The notes under the pieces: model-generated
Database searches by the model: none
What the model was told of the DNA's origin: nothing
What the model saw: only the letters and a program-made list of their open reading frames with translations
Position numbers and translations under genes: made by a program
NCBI RefSeq assembly: GCF_037042905.1
Contig: NC_087245.1
Location: 43,030,001 to 43,094,000 of the forward strand
Length of the DNA stretch: 64,000 nt
Source of the DNA: Lytechinus pictus
Taxonomy: Eukaryota
Reading direction: 5' to 3'
Shown: piece after piece, positions 22,801 to 35,409 of the stretch
How the letters are laid out: every line of letters begins with the position of its first letter
How positions within the stretch are numbered: position 1 is the stretch's first letter

Positions 22801-25800
22801 GCCAAAAATCCCTTCAAATTTATTACATTTGTGGGTAAAGTCATTATTACATTTGTGGGCGATCAAAAATTATTACATTTGTGGGTAAAGTGCATTATTA
22901 CATTTGTGGGTGAAATTATTACATTTGTGGGTAAAGTGTTATTACATTTGTGGGTAAAGTGTTATTACATTTGTGGGCGTTATTACATTTGTGGGCGATT
23001 ATTACATTTGTGGGTGTAACAGGGTAGGTGAGAAATAAGATCCTGCTTGAAAATTCATATTTTAAACTTTGCCTTGAAAATTGCTTGTGTCTCGCCTGCG
23101 TATAGTGGAAGCGAGATCTATTATAGGCATCACTATTTTCAGTGGCATTGGCAGTACTTGTCGTCAACATCGAAGTCGTCAACAATGGTGTATTCTTGAT
23201 AACTTTCCAAAGTATTGAGGTCAATCCTCCAAATTCACACCATATGTACATTACTCAAAAGGGCAGGTCAAAATTTGAGTATGGCCTGAATCTGACTCAA
23301 AGGTGAAAGATCCATGAACCTGGCCTGAAAATCACTGTACTTTCTACTACTTTCTATAGCTTTAAGGTAGGATGATCAAATTTGCACCCTAGGATCATTA
23401 CCCAAAGGCGCAGTTTAAGTAAGAATATGGGCTAAATATGGGTCATACTAGTATTCCATGAATGATTTTTTTTTTCAAAGGCCCACAAAGTCCTACTGAA
23501 GAAATGAAGGAGGCAATAAATGATGAGCCTTTCTCATACATTTTGCAGGTGCGAATAAACATTGGATGGAGACACTTTCAGACTGGCAGCAAAGATTATG
23601 TGCAGGTTAAGTCAAACCAAGGCGGAGGGACTGTCATCCAACAAGTACCAAGAGACTCATCGTATAAAAATCTACTAGAAATCTCCGCCAAAGCTTTTTT
23701 TCCAGGTGGAAAAAGCTCCAAAGGAAATTTGAAAGAAATGGAGAAGGAACTCAGAAACTTCCAAGGACAGCTGCTTGATACAGATTTCAGCTTGGAACAG
23801 CTGTATGCAAAATATGGGAGCCGCACCAGAATCTATTTGTTCACAAAACAGAAGGTACATGCATGTATAGTTATCCTCAGAAAGTGAATGCTTTTGGTGT
23901 CAATTCTTTCCACAACAATTAGTGAAATTGAGTTATCCAGATTTGGATAATCCAGATAATCCCATGGGGGGGGGGGGGCTTTTAAAGCCCCCCCCCCCTC
24001 GACTTTTTCCGCGACCATTCCGCCGCGCAAAATTATTTGACCGCGCCGCTCAGTGACTCTTTACTTTAAAGTCTCGCGCATCTTTTAAAACAATTTTGGC
24101 GAAAATCGGGCATACCGTTACGGCGCTGCATGATATACACGTCCGTCAGACCAAAAGTGGCTCAAAAACATGATTTTGTGTACAAAGTCAATGCAAATGG
24201 AGTTTTCTCCTCTTATTCATAAATATATGATTATTTTCACTTTCATTGGCTGAAATTAATTTATTACAGCATTATTATGCTTCAAAAGGTTCTATGATAA
24301 ATTTTGCGAAAAAACAACAAAAACAAAAGGTAAAAAAACAAAGAAATACATAAGAAATTCGTAAAACAATAAAAAACAAAAGAAATAAATTTGATACCGA
24401 ATTTTTTTTCAAGTACAATTGTTAGGAATGCTACAAAGAGTATTTTCGCAAAAGATGAGCATTTTAGAAGCTTTATTTAGTGATTTAGAGCAAAAAGTAT
24501 GATTTCATGCATAAATTAGCATAATTAAATAATATAAAATAAAGCAACATACTTTTGGGAAAACAAACAATACAGCCTTGTAGATTACATCACACACTAC
24601 CAGCGTGCAAAATTTTGCGGCGATCGCGTGACCGGCGGCCAAGATCTTAGGGGGGGGGTTATCATGGCCCCCCCTAGTCTTCACAGCTACAGTTTTGATC
24701 CGATCTGTTATTTTTGTCGAGCGACCCAAGGTGAAGCGAGACTAAGGGATCCTCGGTGGCATCCGTCCGTCGTTCGTCCGTCCGTAATGCTTATGAAACT
24801 TGAATAACTTTGCGACTTGGATGTAGATGCTCCATAGGGACCTTAATGTTATTTGGAGGTCAAATGTCGTGTATGTAGGTCAAAGGTCAAATGAGTTCAT
24901 ATGTTTACACTTTCTACTGGGGTAAATAACTTTTGAACCACTAGCCCCTTTGTTACCAAACTTGGATGGTAGATGCCATATACAGTGACCTTAATGTTAT
25001 TTAGGGGTCAAAGGTCACGTATGCAGGTCGAAAGCCAAATGAGGTCAAATATTAAAATTTATCTGCAAGTTTCTACTGGGGTTGATAACTTTTGAACTAG
25101 AAGCCCATTTGTAAGGTGATTGTAAATGGCTTACAGGGACCTCGATGTTGGTTCGGTCAAAGGTCATGTTTGTACGTCTAAGGTGAAATGCGGTCAAATT
25201 GCAATTTACCTTCAAGAATGTTTGCACACGGATGTGGCGAGACACATTATGTCTATACCTTCATTGTTTAGTTATCACTGGACTATTCTGAAATACTACT
25301 ACAGGTTTACAATAATAACACAGATCATAGTGTCAAATTTGCTGCAAAAAATGTACATAAATTCTAAGAGTAAGATTTATAATAATATTTTCATGTTCTG
25401 GAACATTTGATGGACAGGCCGTAGAAGTGCTCGAAGTGCTGGACAGTGACACCAGTCCGTCAAGTGATCTACCAGATCCTGAACTCGATGCTGTCAATGC
25501 TTCAGTGTCAAGTAAGTTGTACATTAAAGGGGAATTAACCCTTCAGAGAAATATGGCTTTGATGAGTGGAGAAAAATAAGAGAAACATATTGGTAAAGTT
25601 TCAGAAAAATCAGGTAACGAATAAGAGAGATATGATTTTTTTAAAGTTGAGATCACTAATGGTATAGAGATCCTCCAATTGGCAATGCGACCATGATGTG
25701 TGATGTAATGCAGGGAGAACTTTCCCATTTCTTTAGTACACATTCTACTAAAATCATCGATCTATTTTCTCAATTCTAATGGTAGAACAGAGATTCTTTT

Positions 25801-28800
25801 TATGGATGACATGTGAATATATGTAACAGTTAAGACATAATATATCATGGACAAAAAGTCTGTTCTAATATTAGAATTTAAAACAAAGACATTTTGAATA
25901 GTTTTTGTACACACCGTATGGGGGAGTTCTCCCTGCATGACATCACACACAATGACTGTGTTGCCATTGGGAGATTTCCTATATCATCAGAGATCTCAAC
26001 TTTCAAATACTCATAACTTTCTTATTATTCATCCGATTTTTACCAACCCTTCACTGATGTACTTATTTGATTTTTCTGCATCCAGAGTAAGACAACTCTC
26101 TGTAAAGGGTTAATTCTCCTTTAAATTAAAACCATGTAGACATTAATGTTTGTATGATGTGGAGATGTTCTGACTTCTGTCTCCAATTTTGGTGCAGTTT
26201 GTATTTATCTGCATTAATTGTTGAATACCATTTCATTGCTCTATGTCTTTTTACATTGTTTATTTTATCATTATTGGCAACATGTGAATTTATATGTGCT
26301 ATTTATTAAATATCTCTAAAAGTATTTGAAATTGAAATTGAGATTGAAATGGTATTTATTAAAAACCACATGGCAGCCCAAGGGCTGAAATGTGTAGAAT
26401 GTACAAGTATCACTCCAAACCAAAGAGGAACCTTCCAAAACACAATCATTCTTATTTTTGTCACCTACATGAAATTATGTCAATGATTTCTTGTTTATTC
26501 TCTTCCATTCATCTCAAGCCCATGTGCATGCTTGTTAAAGAATATACACATCTTGAATTGTACATGGAATTCCAAAATTTTCCTATTATTAAAAGATAAA
26601 TGGGAAACATAGAATCTATGAAAAACAATGTTAAAAGCATTTTAGTCCCATCTTTATGATTATTACAACTCTAGGTTAAAAAAAAGTTTTAAAAACTTGC
26701 CAAAATGACACGCTTGAACTTGTTAAGTAAACCTCTGCATGAAATACGTCAAATTTGACATACAATATTAATGAAAGGTCTCCTTGAGCTCTATCTTACG
26801 AACATAAAATTGAAACTGTCAATCATGCCCCAAATTATATTGACTGGTACATGGTTTGTACACTTTTCTCAGGAATCAGCCATATTAAAACTCACACACA
26901 CGCTCACGTTTGTTGTGGCAGTCAAGGACCTTTTACAGCGATACATATCTTTACAACATAGCAGAGGACTTCTGTGTCAGTAGGAATCTAGTGAACCAAG
27001 AATTGATCTGAAGTTTTTTCTGCATGTCCAAAGACGCAATATAAATAGAGCACTTTCGACCACACCCCTATAAGAACAGACATGTGATTTGATTTGTAAC
27101 CATTAACAATAGTTTTCAGATGCAGATCGAGGACATCCTCCCTTTAAATGTACAGTTCACTTGTAGGCCCTCGTTTGCCACCATATGTCTCTCTCTCTAT
27201 CACACACACACATATATTCATTTCATTTTATTGTAGCATGGCACCTGCTTCAGCCACTATCTGTTCTTCAGCAGCACTGTATATCTGAGCTATCTGAGAA
27301 TGATAAAGATGGATAACTTGTTTATCTACTGTAAAAGAAATTTGGTAATTTTCAAGTGATTATTTTTGGCCATCACTTAAAGTTGGCTGGGTGGGTAGAT
27401 AGCGCTTCACGCAATGCTTGTAGAAATTCATCTTTGCAGTGCCATAACTCTTTCCCAGCTTCCGTGAAGGGTTTTGATGGGGGGGGGGGGGGGGGCAAGG
27501 AGTACATAGCACTTCGGTTCACTCCCACTCACTCTTGTGTGTGATGCGACGTGATGCAGCGACGCATATAGAGATGAAGAAGCCACATACACTCAAAGCA
27601 ATTGGAAATTTGCTGTCGCAGTGCTTAGTGTAGGGTTGGTGTATAATGAGGCTGGGTCAGTGTTTGATTCATTGGTTTGGTCGGTGCATGCAGTAGTTTT
27701 TCGTAGTTGGCATAATGTTTCTTCCATTCCCAACTAGAATGTTTCGTGGCATGGTACTGTCCTCTGGGATTTTTGCAAGCCTTGCGTGAAGCACCATCTA
27801 TACACCAAGTCAACTTTAATTGCGATTTTCCAATTATTCAGATTCCGCCATTGCATTTCTTTTAGACTTGTATACAGCCTTCCAGTCATTCTGTGTGTGC
27901 ATTTTTTTTTGTTCATCTGTTAGTGTTATTACACTTTTTCATATATTTGTGCAGATCTCGCTGGCACAAGCTCGACGGACATTAGTTTGACAGCCACAAG
28001 CTCAATAGGCAGGAGCACGACGGGCACAAGTTCAACAGACGCAGGGCAGATGTTTGTCAACGGGGGAACCCCAACGGTATTAAACCATATTATACAATAC
28101 CCATGAAGATTTTAGAAATGTGATCGGTGAATTCCGATTACAGGACATTCAACGTAAACTTCATTTTGCAACTATGCATTGTCATTCTAATGCATGGTTC
28201 ACTGACATTATAGATGGTAGAGGCACAACTTGTAGGTTACTAGGTTCCACTGTACTTTCGTGGAGACCAAGAATTGACAGTTGTTTTGGGGTTGATAAGT
28301 GGATACTTAACAAATTCAGCCAGCTCTGATGTCTTTCTTGATAATAAGTTCAACCATATTTCCTAGGGACTGAAATTGGGTCATTGCCTGCTTAATTGGG
28401 GGAGGGGTCATGTCAAGAACTATATTTTATCCAATTTTCTTCAAAATATTACCAAATGATTTGTCTAGTCACAACGATTTCAAAATGTAGTTGCCCAATC
28501 ACCAAGCCAATGTTTCTTCAGAATGACAACTAATGACCAAAGGACATTTCACTCCGGGGGCTGGGAGAGCCATGGCTTAGAAGACCCCTATACAAAGTGT
28601 CATGGAATACGCCTCTCTGTGATGGAGGAATGCTTCAGCCACACTTCCGACTTCTTGTTTGAATCCAGGACAAAGACCTATATATCATTGATATGGATGA
28701 AGTAGAGGCATGCAACAAACTGAACCCTTGTAGACTATTCTTCATTATATCCCTTTTATGAATATTGATGAGTGTTCCAAAAATGTGATTGATCAATTGG

Positions 28801-29336
28801 TTTTCGCAGGATAGAAAATATTTTTATTGGAAATCTAACATCTCCGCCAAAGTTTTGACTAGTTGTACCCCCTCTAAAGTTTGAAGGGGATAAACCTCAT
28901 CCTAAGTCTTGCTGTATAATTGTGGTCAAAAGATACATCATGTCATAAAACACAATTTTCCCCATCTAGTGATATATATGCGATCAATAACTGTATACAT
29001 ACTCGACTTCCTTGGAACACAGGTGATATCAAGATGAGATCAACATCTCATCTCACTTCATACATCTCATCCCATACATACATCTAATTCATACATGTAT
29101 ACATTATTTTCAGTGCAGTGACTTTGTTCTTTTTTATATTTTTATCATTGCAGGTCGCAATGAAGGTACCTACCACTGCTGCCTGCACGATATGCCTGGA
29201 CAGGCAGAAGACCTCTTTTTTAATTCCCTGTGGCCATGCTATTTGTGCGCCATGTGGGAATCATTTCTTTGCCAATGATATGGAATGTCCCTTCTGCAAG
29301 GCAAAAGTTAATGGCGTAGGTAACATCTACTCATAA
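10884..29336 (+). CDS. 7-exon putative E3 ubiquitin ligase (two predicted ubiquitin-like/beta-grasp domains, S/T-rich linker, C-terminal C3HC4 RING), 375 aa
   Basis: Manually spliced exons 10884-11063, 15637-15769, 19139-19248, 23549-23854, 25418-25511, 27955-28076, 29154-29336. All introns GT-AG, phases 0,1,0,0,1,0 compatible, 1128 nt with no internal stop. RING: CTIC-x9-PCGH-AIC-APC-x10-CPFC at the extreme C-terminus. Confidence 0.8.
11121..11279. mobile_element. Merlin-like MITE
   Basis: TIR GGCAATCACGTCGAATA / TATTCGACGTGATTACC with 8-bp TSD ACAAGTTA. Confidence 0.75.
11538..13475. mobile_element. Non-autonomous TIR element with 10-bp and ~40-bp internal tandem repeats
   Basis: TIR CCCAGGACCAAAATCCA / TGGATTTTGGTCCTGGG. 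(TTGAAACCAR)n arrays form a ~550-bp foldback at 11556-12090; AACTGGAAATGA/AACTGGAACCAGTTGGGT array at 12690-13260. Confidence 0.8.
12240..12420 (-). mobile_element. SINE-like element: 7SL Alu-domain head + B-box + Meta-like core
   Basis: Minus strand reads ACTAGGCGTTGTGGCGTGCGCCTGTAATCCAGCT..., then GGTTCGAAAC (12348-12339), then GTCTTTCGGATGGTGACGTTAAAGGTCGGTCCC, then a (CA)n tail. Confidence 0.65.
14465..15445. repeat. Two diverged direct copies (~500 bp) of a repeat with a long terminal hairpin; possibly non-autonomous Crypton-like
   Basis: ATAGTAAATAGTGTAAGTAAAATACGCGCTGTGATTGGTTGG at ~14467 and ~14980. ~90-bp hairpin at 14839-14928 centred on CTCGGCCTTTGGCCTCGG. Confidence 0.55.
17248..19055 (+). 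mobile_element. Helentron/DINE-1-like non-autonomous element
   Basis: 5' TTTT-GCATTGACGC with a short inverted copy, then a (TTC)n tract. 3' GCGTCAATGC, hairpin ATCGT..ACGAT and CTAG-TT end. Confidence 0.65.
19450..23021. mobile_element. Ginger-like non-autonomous foldback element with tandem-repeat TIRs
   Basis: TGTTGCACCCACAAATG ... CATTTGTGGGTGTAACA with 5-bp TSD GGGTA. Arms are CCCACAAATGTAATAA repeats plus ~40-bp GTCCAAAGTCTTTTTTCCAGACCCGG repeats, mirrored. Confidence 0.85.
20757..21010. mobile_element. hAT-like MITE
   Basis: CAGGGGCGGAAATC / GATTTCCGCCCATG with 8-bp TSD ACTACGAC. Confidence 0.8.
25528..26120. mobile_element. Kolobok-like MITE
   Basis: TTAA|AGGGGAATTAACCCT ... AGGGTTAATTCTCCT|TTAA, internally palindromic. 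Sits 16 bp after the exon-5 donor. Confidence 0.8.
27381..27815. mobile_element. TTAA-flanked MITE (Kolobok-like)
   Basis: TTAA|AGTTGGCT..GCTTCACGCAA ... TTGCGTGAAGC..AGTCAACT|TTAA. Confidence 0.7.
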
Positions 29337-32300
29337 TGGGGCAGATGCCATTTAAGGCAGTAATTGCCTTAACCTCTAGGAGCACTTCTCAGTGAGCATA
29401 ATGCATGATATTATTTTGCTTCAGGAAGGGGGATGGGGGAGGTCTCATCATATGGCTACTCCTGCCTGTTTCAAATATGCATGGATTGTAAGATTAAAAT
29501 GAACACGGCTAATGATTATAATTATCGTAATTTTGATTCATAGGAATACTCTAAAAGAATATCTGGTGAATATAATTTTGGAGATTGGAGTTGCATTTTA
29601 GGGGTGATCGAACCATTTGAGTATCGAAAACAGGAAAATTATAGATTAAATGGGCACATTTAATAAGAGGGAGCTAGGGTGACTTGCTATTACTTATAAT
29701 TGTGATTAATGGAAACGGGCATTTGGAAGTGACGGCTGTGCTTACAATGCATGTACAGAAATGTTTCATGGATTAATTTGGTAAATTTCAATAATTTCTG
29801 TGATTTGCAAAGATTCGGTTTTTGACACAGTTTGTTGACACTTTTAATAAGGGGGTGGGGGTGGGTGCCCCCTCCATTCTAATAACATGGTCATGTAAAT
29901 AGCACACTCTTCTTTCGCTTTGCCTTGAAAACATTAACCAAGTCATGATGAGTTTCCATAATCTGTTAAAAGTACATGTAGGCATGTTGATTTGCTCCAA
30001 AAATATCATTTCCAATGACTTTGTTAACCTGACTTTAGCCTAGTTCAAGACTCCAACAGGGATTAATTTTATTTTGTTATCAGTGATCTTTTTATTAGGA
30101 ACAACAGGAAAATCATATAGTATCAAGAAGGTTATGACCACATACCCTAAAACAAGAATACATAAGTAAAGATTGAAAAATAGCATCTCTTCCTAATTCA
30201 GATCTTGAAATATAAGTAAAAGAGTCTGGAATGACAGCTATTTTGCTTTTATGCAAATTAAACATTGTTCCAATGCTCCCATTTCGGTAAACTTTTGATA
30301 TGTTATTTACAAGACTTTCTCAATCATGTACAAGTAAAATGGTTTCTGTTCTAATTTGTTTTGGGTTATTTCACATTTTGACTGGACTACTAGGAAAGAG
30401 CAAAGAAAGAAACTATAGATTTTGCATCACTTTTATGTAAAGCGCACTAAGGAAAAAAGATAACCCAATGTACATGACTTCAACCATTTTTAAGGCTTTT
30501 TCAATCTTAGATTTTGACAAAAAGAAAGAGTCTTAGAGAATCTATTTCTTCTCTGAAAGAAAGAAAAAAAAACTTTAATAGAGCTCCAGAAATCTAAAAT
30601 AATGTAAGGCAGATCATATGGAAACAAAATTTGACAACATTTTGAAAGCTACTTACCAGTATTCAAACTCAAATGATGAATCATTTGTGAATGATTCTGT
30701 TTCTTATTCTGTTTTACTTGCTAGTTGGTTTATTTTCAAGTTTTCTGTTGTACAGGTCTTTATTATGAAGGATAAATAATCATTCCTTTATTTGTGCAAG
30801 TAATCGTGAAACGATTTTTGTGTCGCCTAAACTGAAGGTTTGGATACACCTACTAGTCATATATTCATAGACGATGGTGACCGCTACATTAGGCGACACG
30901 AGTGATCCGCGGATCACCTTGTTAAATGATGTTCTTATGTAGTGTTACAGTTTGTAACTCTTATCATAGTGCCAATTGGAAACCATTCTCTTTTTCATTC
31001 TGTTTTACGAGTTTTGTAAGTATAAGCAAGGCAATGTTGTTGTTTTACCATGTTCAAGGCTTTATTAAGAATAGATAATCATTCATGTTAGTCCATGGTC
31101 CAGATAAGACACCCACCCCATCCCCAGGAGGGGGGGGGGGGGTGGACTATTTATTATTGGGTAGTAATATCAAGTTCATCTGGTAGCAAGGGGCAAAAGT
31201 GATAATTCATGAAAAAGCAAATCACATCTGCCATTTACATAGTGACACACTGATATTTGATTAGTGACAATAGGAGTTCTTGCTCCATATTTTCCATGGA
31301 AGTGGGGTATAATGAGAACAGTCTAAACGCATTATTAATTCAGATTCAAGTGATTTGTCACTTGCTCCTTTTTGCGAAAGTGAGCCAGACCTCGGTTTAT
31401 ATCATTAACATGTCATTCAAGGGCACATGATATTCATGTAGCGTCATTGTATGTGTGGTTTGGGAAGTACCCCAATGGAACAATGCTTATTTAAAAGATC
31501 AGCTATTTGAAAACAACTAGTCTTCTTGTTTCTAGCCGTGATATTTACTGTCAATCCCTTTGGCACATTTCTGTTTGTAAATTCCTTCAAAGATATTGTA
31601 TGTTTAAAACAATAAATCAATGAAGGTATCTGGAAAATGAAATAAATCTTCATGCCCAAGTTGACATTTTGGTCTAGAAGGATTATGGACCATTAAGCTT
31701 CCAGGTAGTGATTGACATGGACCAGTGGCTCTCTATATTTACAGACTATCATGATTGATTATTTTCACTCAGCAGTGCATATTTTTCATCATTTCATTTA
31801 TTTTGTTCAGTTGTTGAACATAATTCCTGTGTAATTCGGCCATGCAGTGTCGCAGACTCTCTTGAACTGCACTCCTGCATCAAGCAGTAGAAATTATTGT
31901 TGATGCATGCTATGATTTCATCCATCTGTAGATTACTTGAGTCATGTAATTTATAGCTGCCCATTTTCTGGATTTGGTATCGCACCAAACTGTGGTACAA
32001 GCGTTCCACCACTGACATATCACAAAACAATCTGAAGAAGGTAAAAGGCTTGATGTTAAAAAAAAGTTGATTGTGTTTTACAAGTTTGGTCATCAGTATG
32101 ATGTTATTGTTGTTTTACCCTGTTGAAGACTTTGCTAAAAAAAAATAATAAAGAATATATAATTCCTCTATTTGTTGAAATATTGCGTATTCGAATTTCA
32201 TTTAAAATTATTGTTTTCATGTAGGGAAGAGTGGGTTTTTAATAGTTGAGCTACTATTTGCATATGGTCATGCCCATGCATAGTTATCGTTGAATCTAGT

Positions 32301-32339
32301 TTTGAGTGAAGCTCAAATAGCAATACTGTATGTAGTGCA

Positions 32340-32701
32340 TGTTACAACCGGTAATGTAGCAGCGGCGCATAATGTCACACCTACACATATTATTGAATGG
32401 GTCGAAACATGCGTTGGTAAATTTTGTCTTGCGTCGGTAAATTATGGCTTGCGTCAGTAAATTTTGCCATGCATGGGTATAAAAAAATGGATTTGGAGCA
32501 AAAATTTGACCCCCATTCTATAAAACGGATTTTGTCTGTCGATATGAATAGTGTGCATTTGGTAACTATAGAAACTAAGTCTAAACCCACTCGGTTGCAC
32601 CTCGTGTGTTAAACCATTCCTTTCCTACCGAAACATTCAGAAATGAGCATCATTTGTATATTGGTGTGACATGCGTCGCTGCGACATTACCGGTTGTAAC
32701 A
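32340..32701. mobile_element. Ginger-like MITE
   Basis: TIR TGTTACAACCGGTAATGT with 5-bp TSD GTGCA. A further right-arm copy lies at ~45745-45804. Confidence 0.8.
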
Positions 32702-33420
32702 GTGCATACTATCTGCTTGTTATAGGAAATACACACATACAGTTAGAATGGCACAACCTTCTAGACTGGATATAATATGACATACCTCAACTAACCCCTT
32801 ACTTCTGTCGCTCAACCACCCTGTCAACTATGCCTTCATATTGAATGATGATAATCATAAGATAAATTTTCAAAAGATGAAAGACTTTGGAATAAGACTA
32901 AAGTTATACAAATGTATGCTTTTTCAATGAATTATCACTTGAATATACGAGATGTATATAGGTTGGAGCACATGACTCGACTAACCCTTCATCGACTTGC
33001 TCAACTAACGCCACACCAAGGGTGCTGGAAGTTGAGGGAGGGATGGTTGTGGTGGTGGATTTGATAGTGAATGTGGCGATGATGATAGTGATGATGATGA
33101 TGATGGTGGTGATTTTAGTGATGCTGCTGATGATAGTGATGATGAAACTGATACTGTCACTGATGATAGTTGCGATGATGATGATGATGGTGGTGATGCT
33201 GCTGATGATGATGATGGAAATGATAGTGATGATGCGATCATTATCGTTAAGACGATCATCATGACTATGATGGCAATAATTAATTTGTAATTGCAATAGT
33301 TGCAAGAAAATCTGTATGGTAAACATGCCTACTACAAGTATGTAGTCATGATAAAAATCCCAAATTATATTATCTGCCAGCAGTAAAATAAGTTAGTGGA
33401 GATGTGTTGTTACAGCTCAA

Positions 33421-33720
33421 TTGATTTGTGGGTGTGACAGAGGGGGAGGGGGGGGGAGTGATAGGGTAAAGATACGAAGTGGAGAATTGAGATTGATTTG
33501 TGGGTGTGACAGAAGGGGGGGGGGAGAGAGAGGGTGAAGATACGAAGTGGAGAATTGAGATTGATTTGTGGGTGTGACAGAGGGGGGGGGGGGAGAGAGA
33601 GAGGGTGAAGATACGAAGTGGAGAATTGAGATTGATTTGTGGGTGTGACAGAGGGGGGGGGGGTAGAGGGTGAAGATACGAAGTGGAGAATTGAGATTGA
33701 TTTGTGGGTGTGACTGAGGG
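33421..33720. repeat. ~60-bp minisatellite, ~5 copies
   Basis: GATTGATTTGTGGGTGTGACAG-(G)n-GGGTGAAGATACGAAGTGGAGAATTGA. Confidence 0.9.
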
Positions 33721-35409
33721 GAGAGAGAGGGGGGGGGTACGGGAAAGGGGATAAACGATGATAGGGAATGGGAGAAAGAGATGGAGGAAGTGAATTCAAA
33801 TGAGGGGGAGAGGAGAGAAGTGGAATATGGAGATACAATTCGAGAGGAGGAGAGATGAGACAGAGAGAGAGGAAATGGGTAAGAATAAGTTATGAAAAAA
33901 CAGAGGAGAGAGACAGAAAGGATCACACAATTTATTCAGCACTTAAATGTTTTAATCAGGTACAAACTTAGATCTATTACTAGTACTCAACATCATGTTA
34001 ATGTGCAATTCAATATCTACCAGAGCACAAATGAAATCATAGATTTATTAATTAGCATGGCTTTGAGCAAGGTTCAAGGAGAATCATGAATATAATATTT
34101 TTTTAAATCCAACATAGATACAGAGCTGTAACACATCTCCACTAATTTATTTTACTGCTAGCAGATAATATAATTTGGGATTTTTATCATGACTACATGC
34201 ATGTTTACCATACAGATTTTCTTGCAACTATTGCAATTACAAATGAATTATTGCCACCATAGTCATGATATTCGTCTTAACGATAATGATCACATCATCA
34301 TTTCCATCATCAAAGGGCGTGGGCTGATTTGGGCATGGGGAGGTGCACATCTTGAGGAGGCGGAACTAAAGTTGAGGGGCCGCAGAGCGTTTTTGAAAAT
34401 GGGGGTGAGGGCATGCAGGTCTTAACAAGTGGGGAGGGGTGAATCACTCAGCAAGGACGTACATTTGTCTCCACTCGGGGGATCACACCAGGAAGGCGGA
34501 AAATGTATTTTTTGCTGCATATACGCTGAGTTTTATATTTCTTCTGCAAATAACTACAGAGATAATAAGATGATGCAAGCGCGAAGCGCGAGCGAAAAAT
34601 GTTGAGGTCTTGAATAAAGCAAATATTACATCCTAAATATGAAAAAAAGAAAAGAAAAAAGAATCATAAATAAGGTATAGACATAGGCCTACATGCTGGA
34701 TTGAGAGGGGTAAGCTGCAATGCCCAAAATATATTAAGAGCTGCATGCACTGAATTTTATTTGGCGGTATTGGAACTCACGAATTTTTTTTTTCCGTTTT
34801 CTTCTTGTTGATGTTGTTCTGCAAATAATTTAAAATAGGAAAATGCGAGCGCGCAGCTCGAGTGGAAAATGTTGAGCTCCAAAAATGAAGCAAATCTCGC
34901 ATTGTAAGGAACCTATATGTAAATACCGTGTTCATCGTAAATGGCATATATAAAGCATCAATACATTTGTTTTTTTGGTAATATTTTTCATAAAATGATT
35001 TTCGGTATGAAATGCTGGAATTTCGAGGTCACTCAAGGGGGCCCCATTTCAGAGATGTAGCAACCCTTACTTCCATAATCGCACATATACCCCAATCTAA
35101 ACTTTTATTTCATCAGTTTACAAATTGGCTTCTAAAACCGAATTCATTCATTGCTTCTTGAGTGCAGGCCTTATGCCGTGGTCACAACTGGTCGTACGTG
35201 CAACGTGCACCTCTCTACGGCGGATTCCGTAGAAAAATTCTACGTCGCACGCACGTTTTTTTCAGACACGCACGGAGCAGGCACGGCACGCAGGAGGTTT
35301 TTGCAGTACCTTTTCTACAGCCATATCAAAACCGTAGGAATCGCAGAAATGTTCTACGGGCGACGCAAGCTACGGGGCACGCACGTGCCCCGTAGCTTAC
35401 GATCGGTTG

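Noticed and set aside
26872..27320. Extra candidate exons for the RING gene (acceptors at 26871 and 27236)
   Set aside because: In the required phase they run into stops without a convincing donor; exon 5 joins exon 6 in frame without them.
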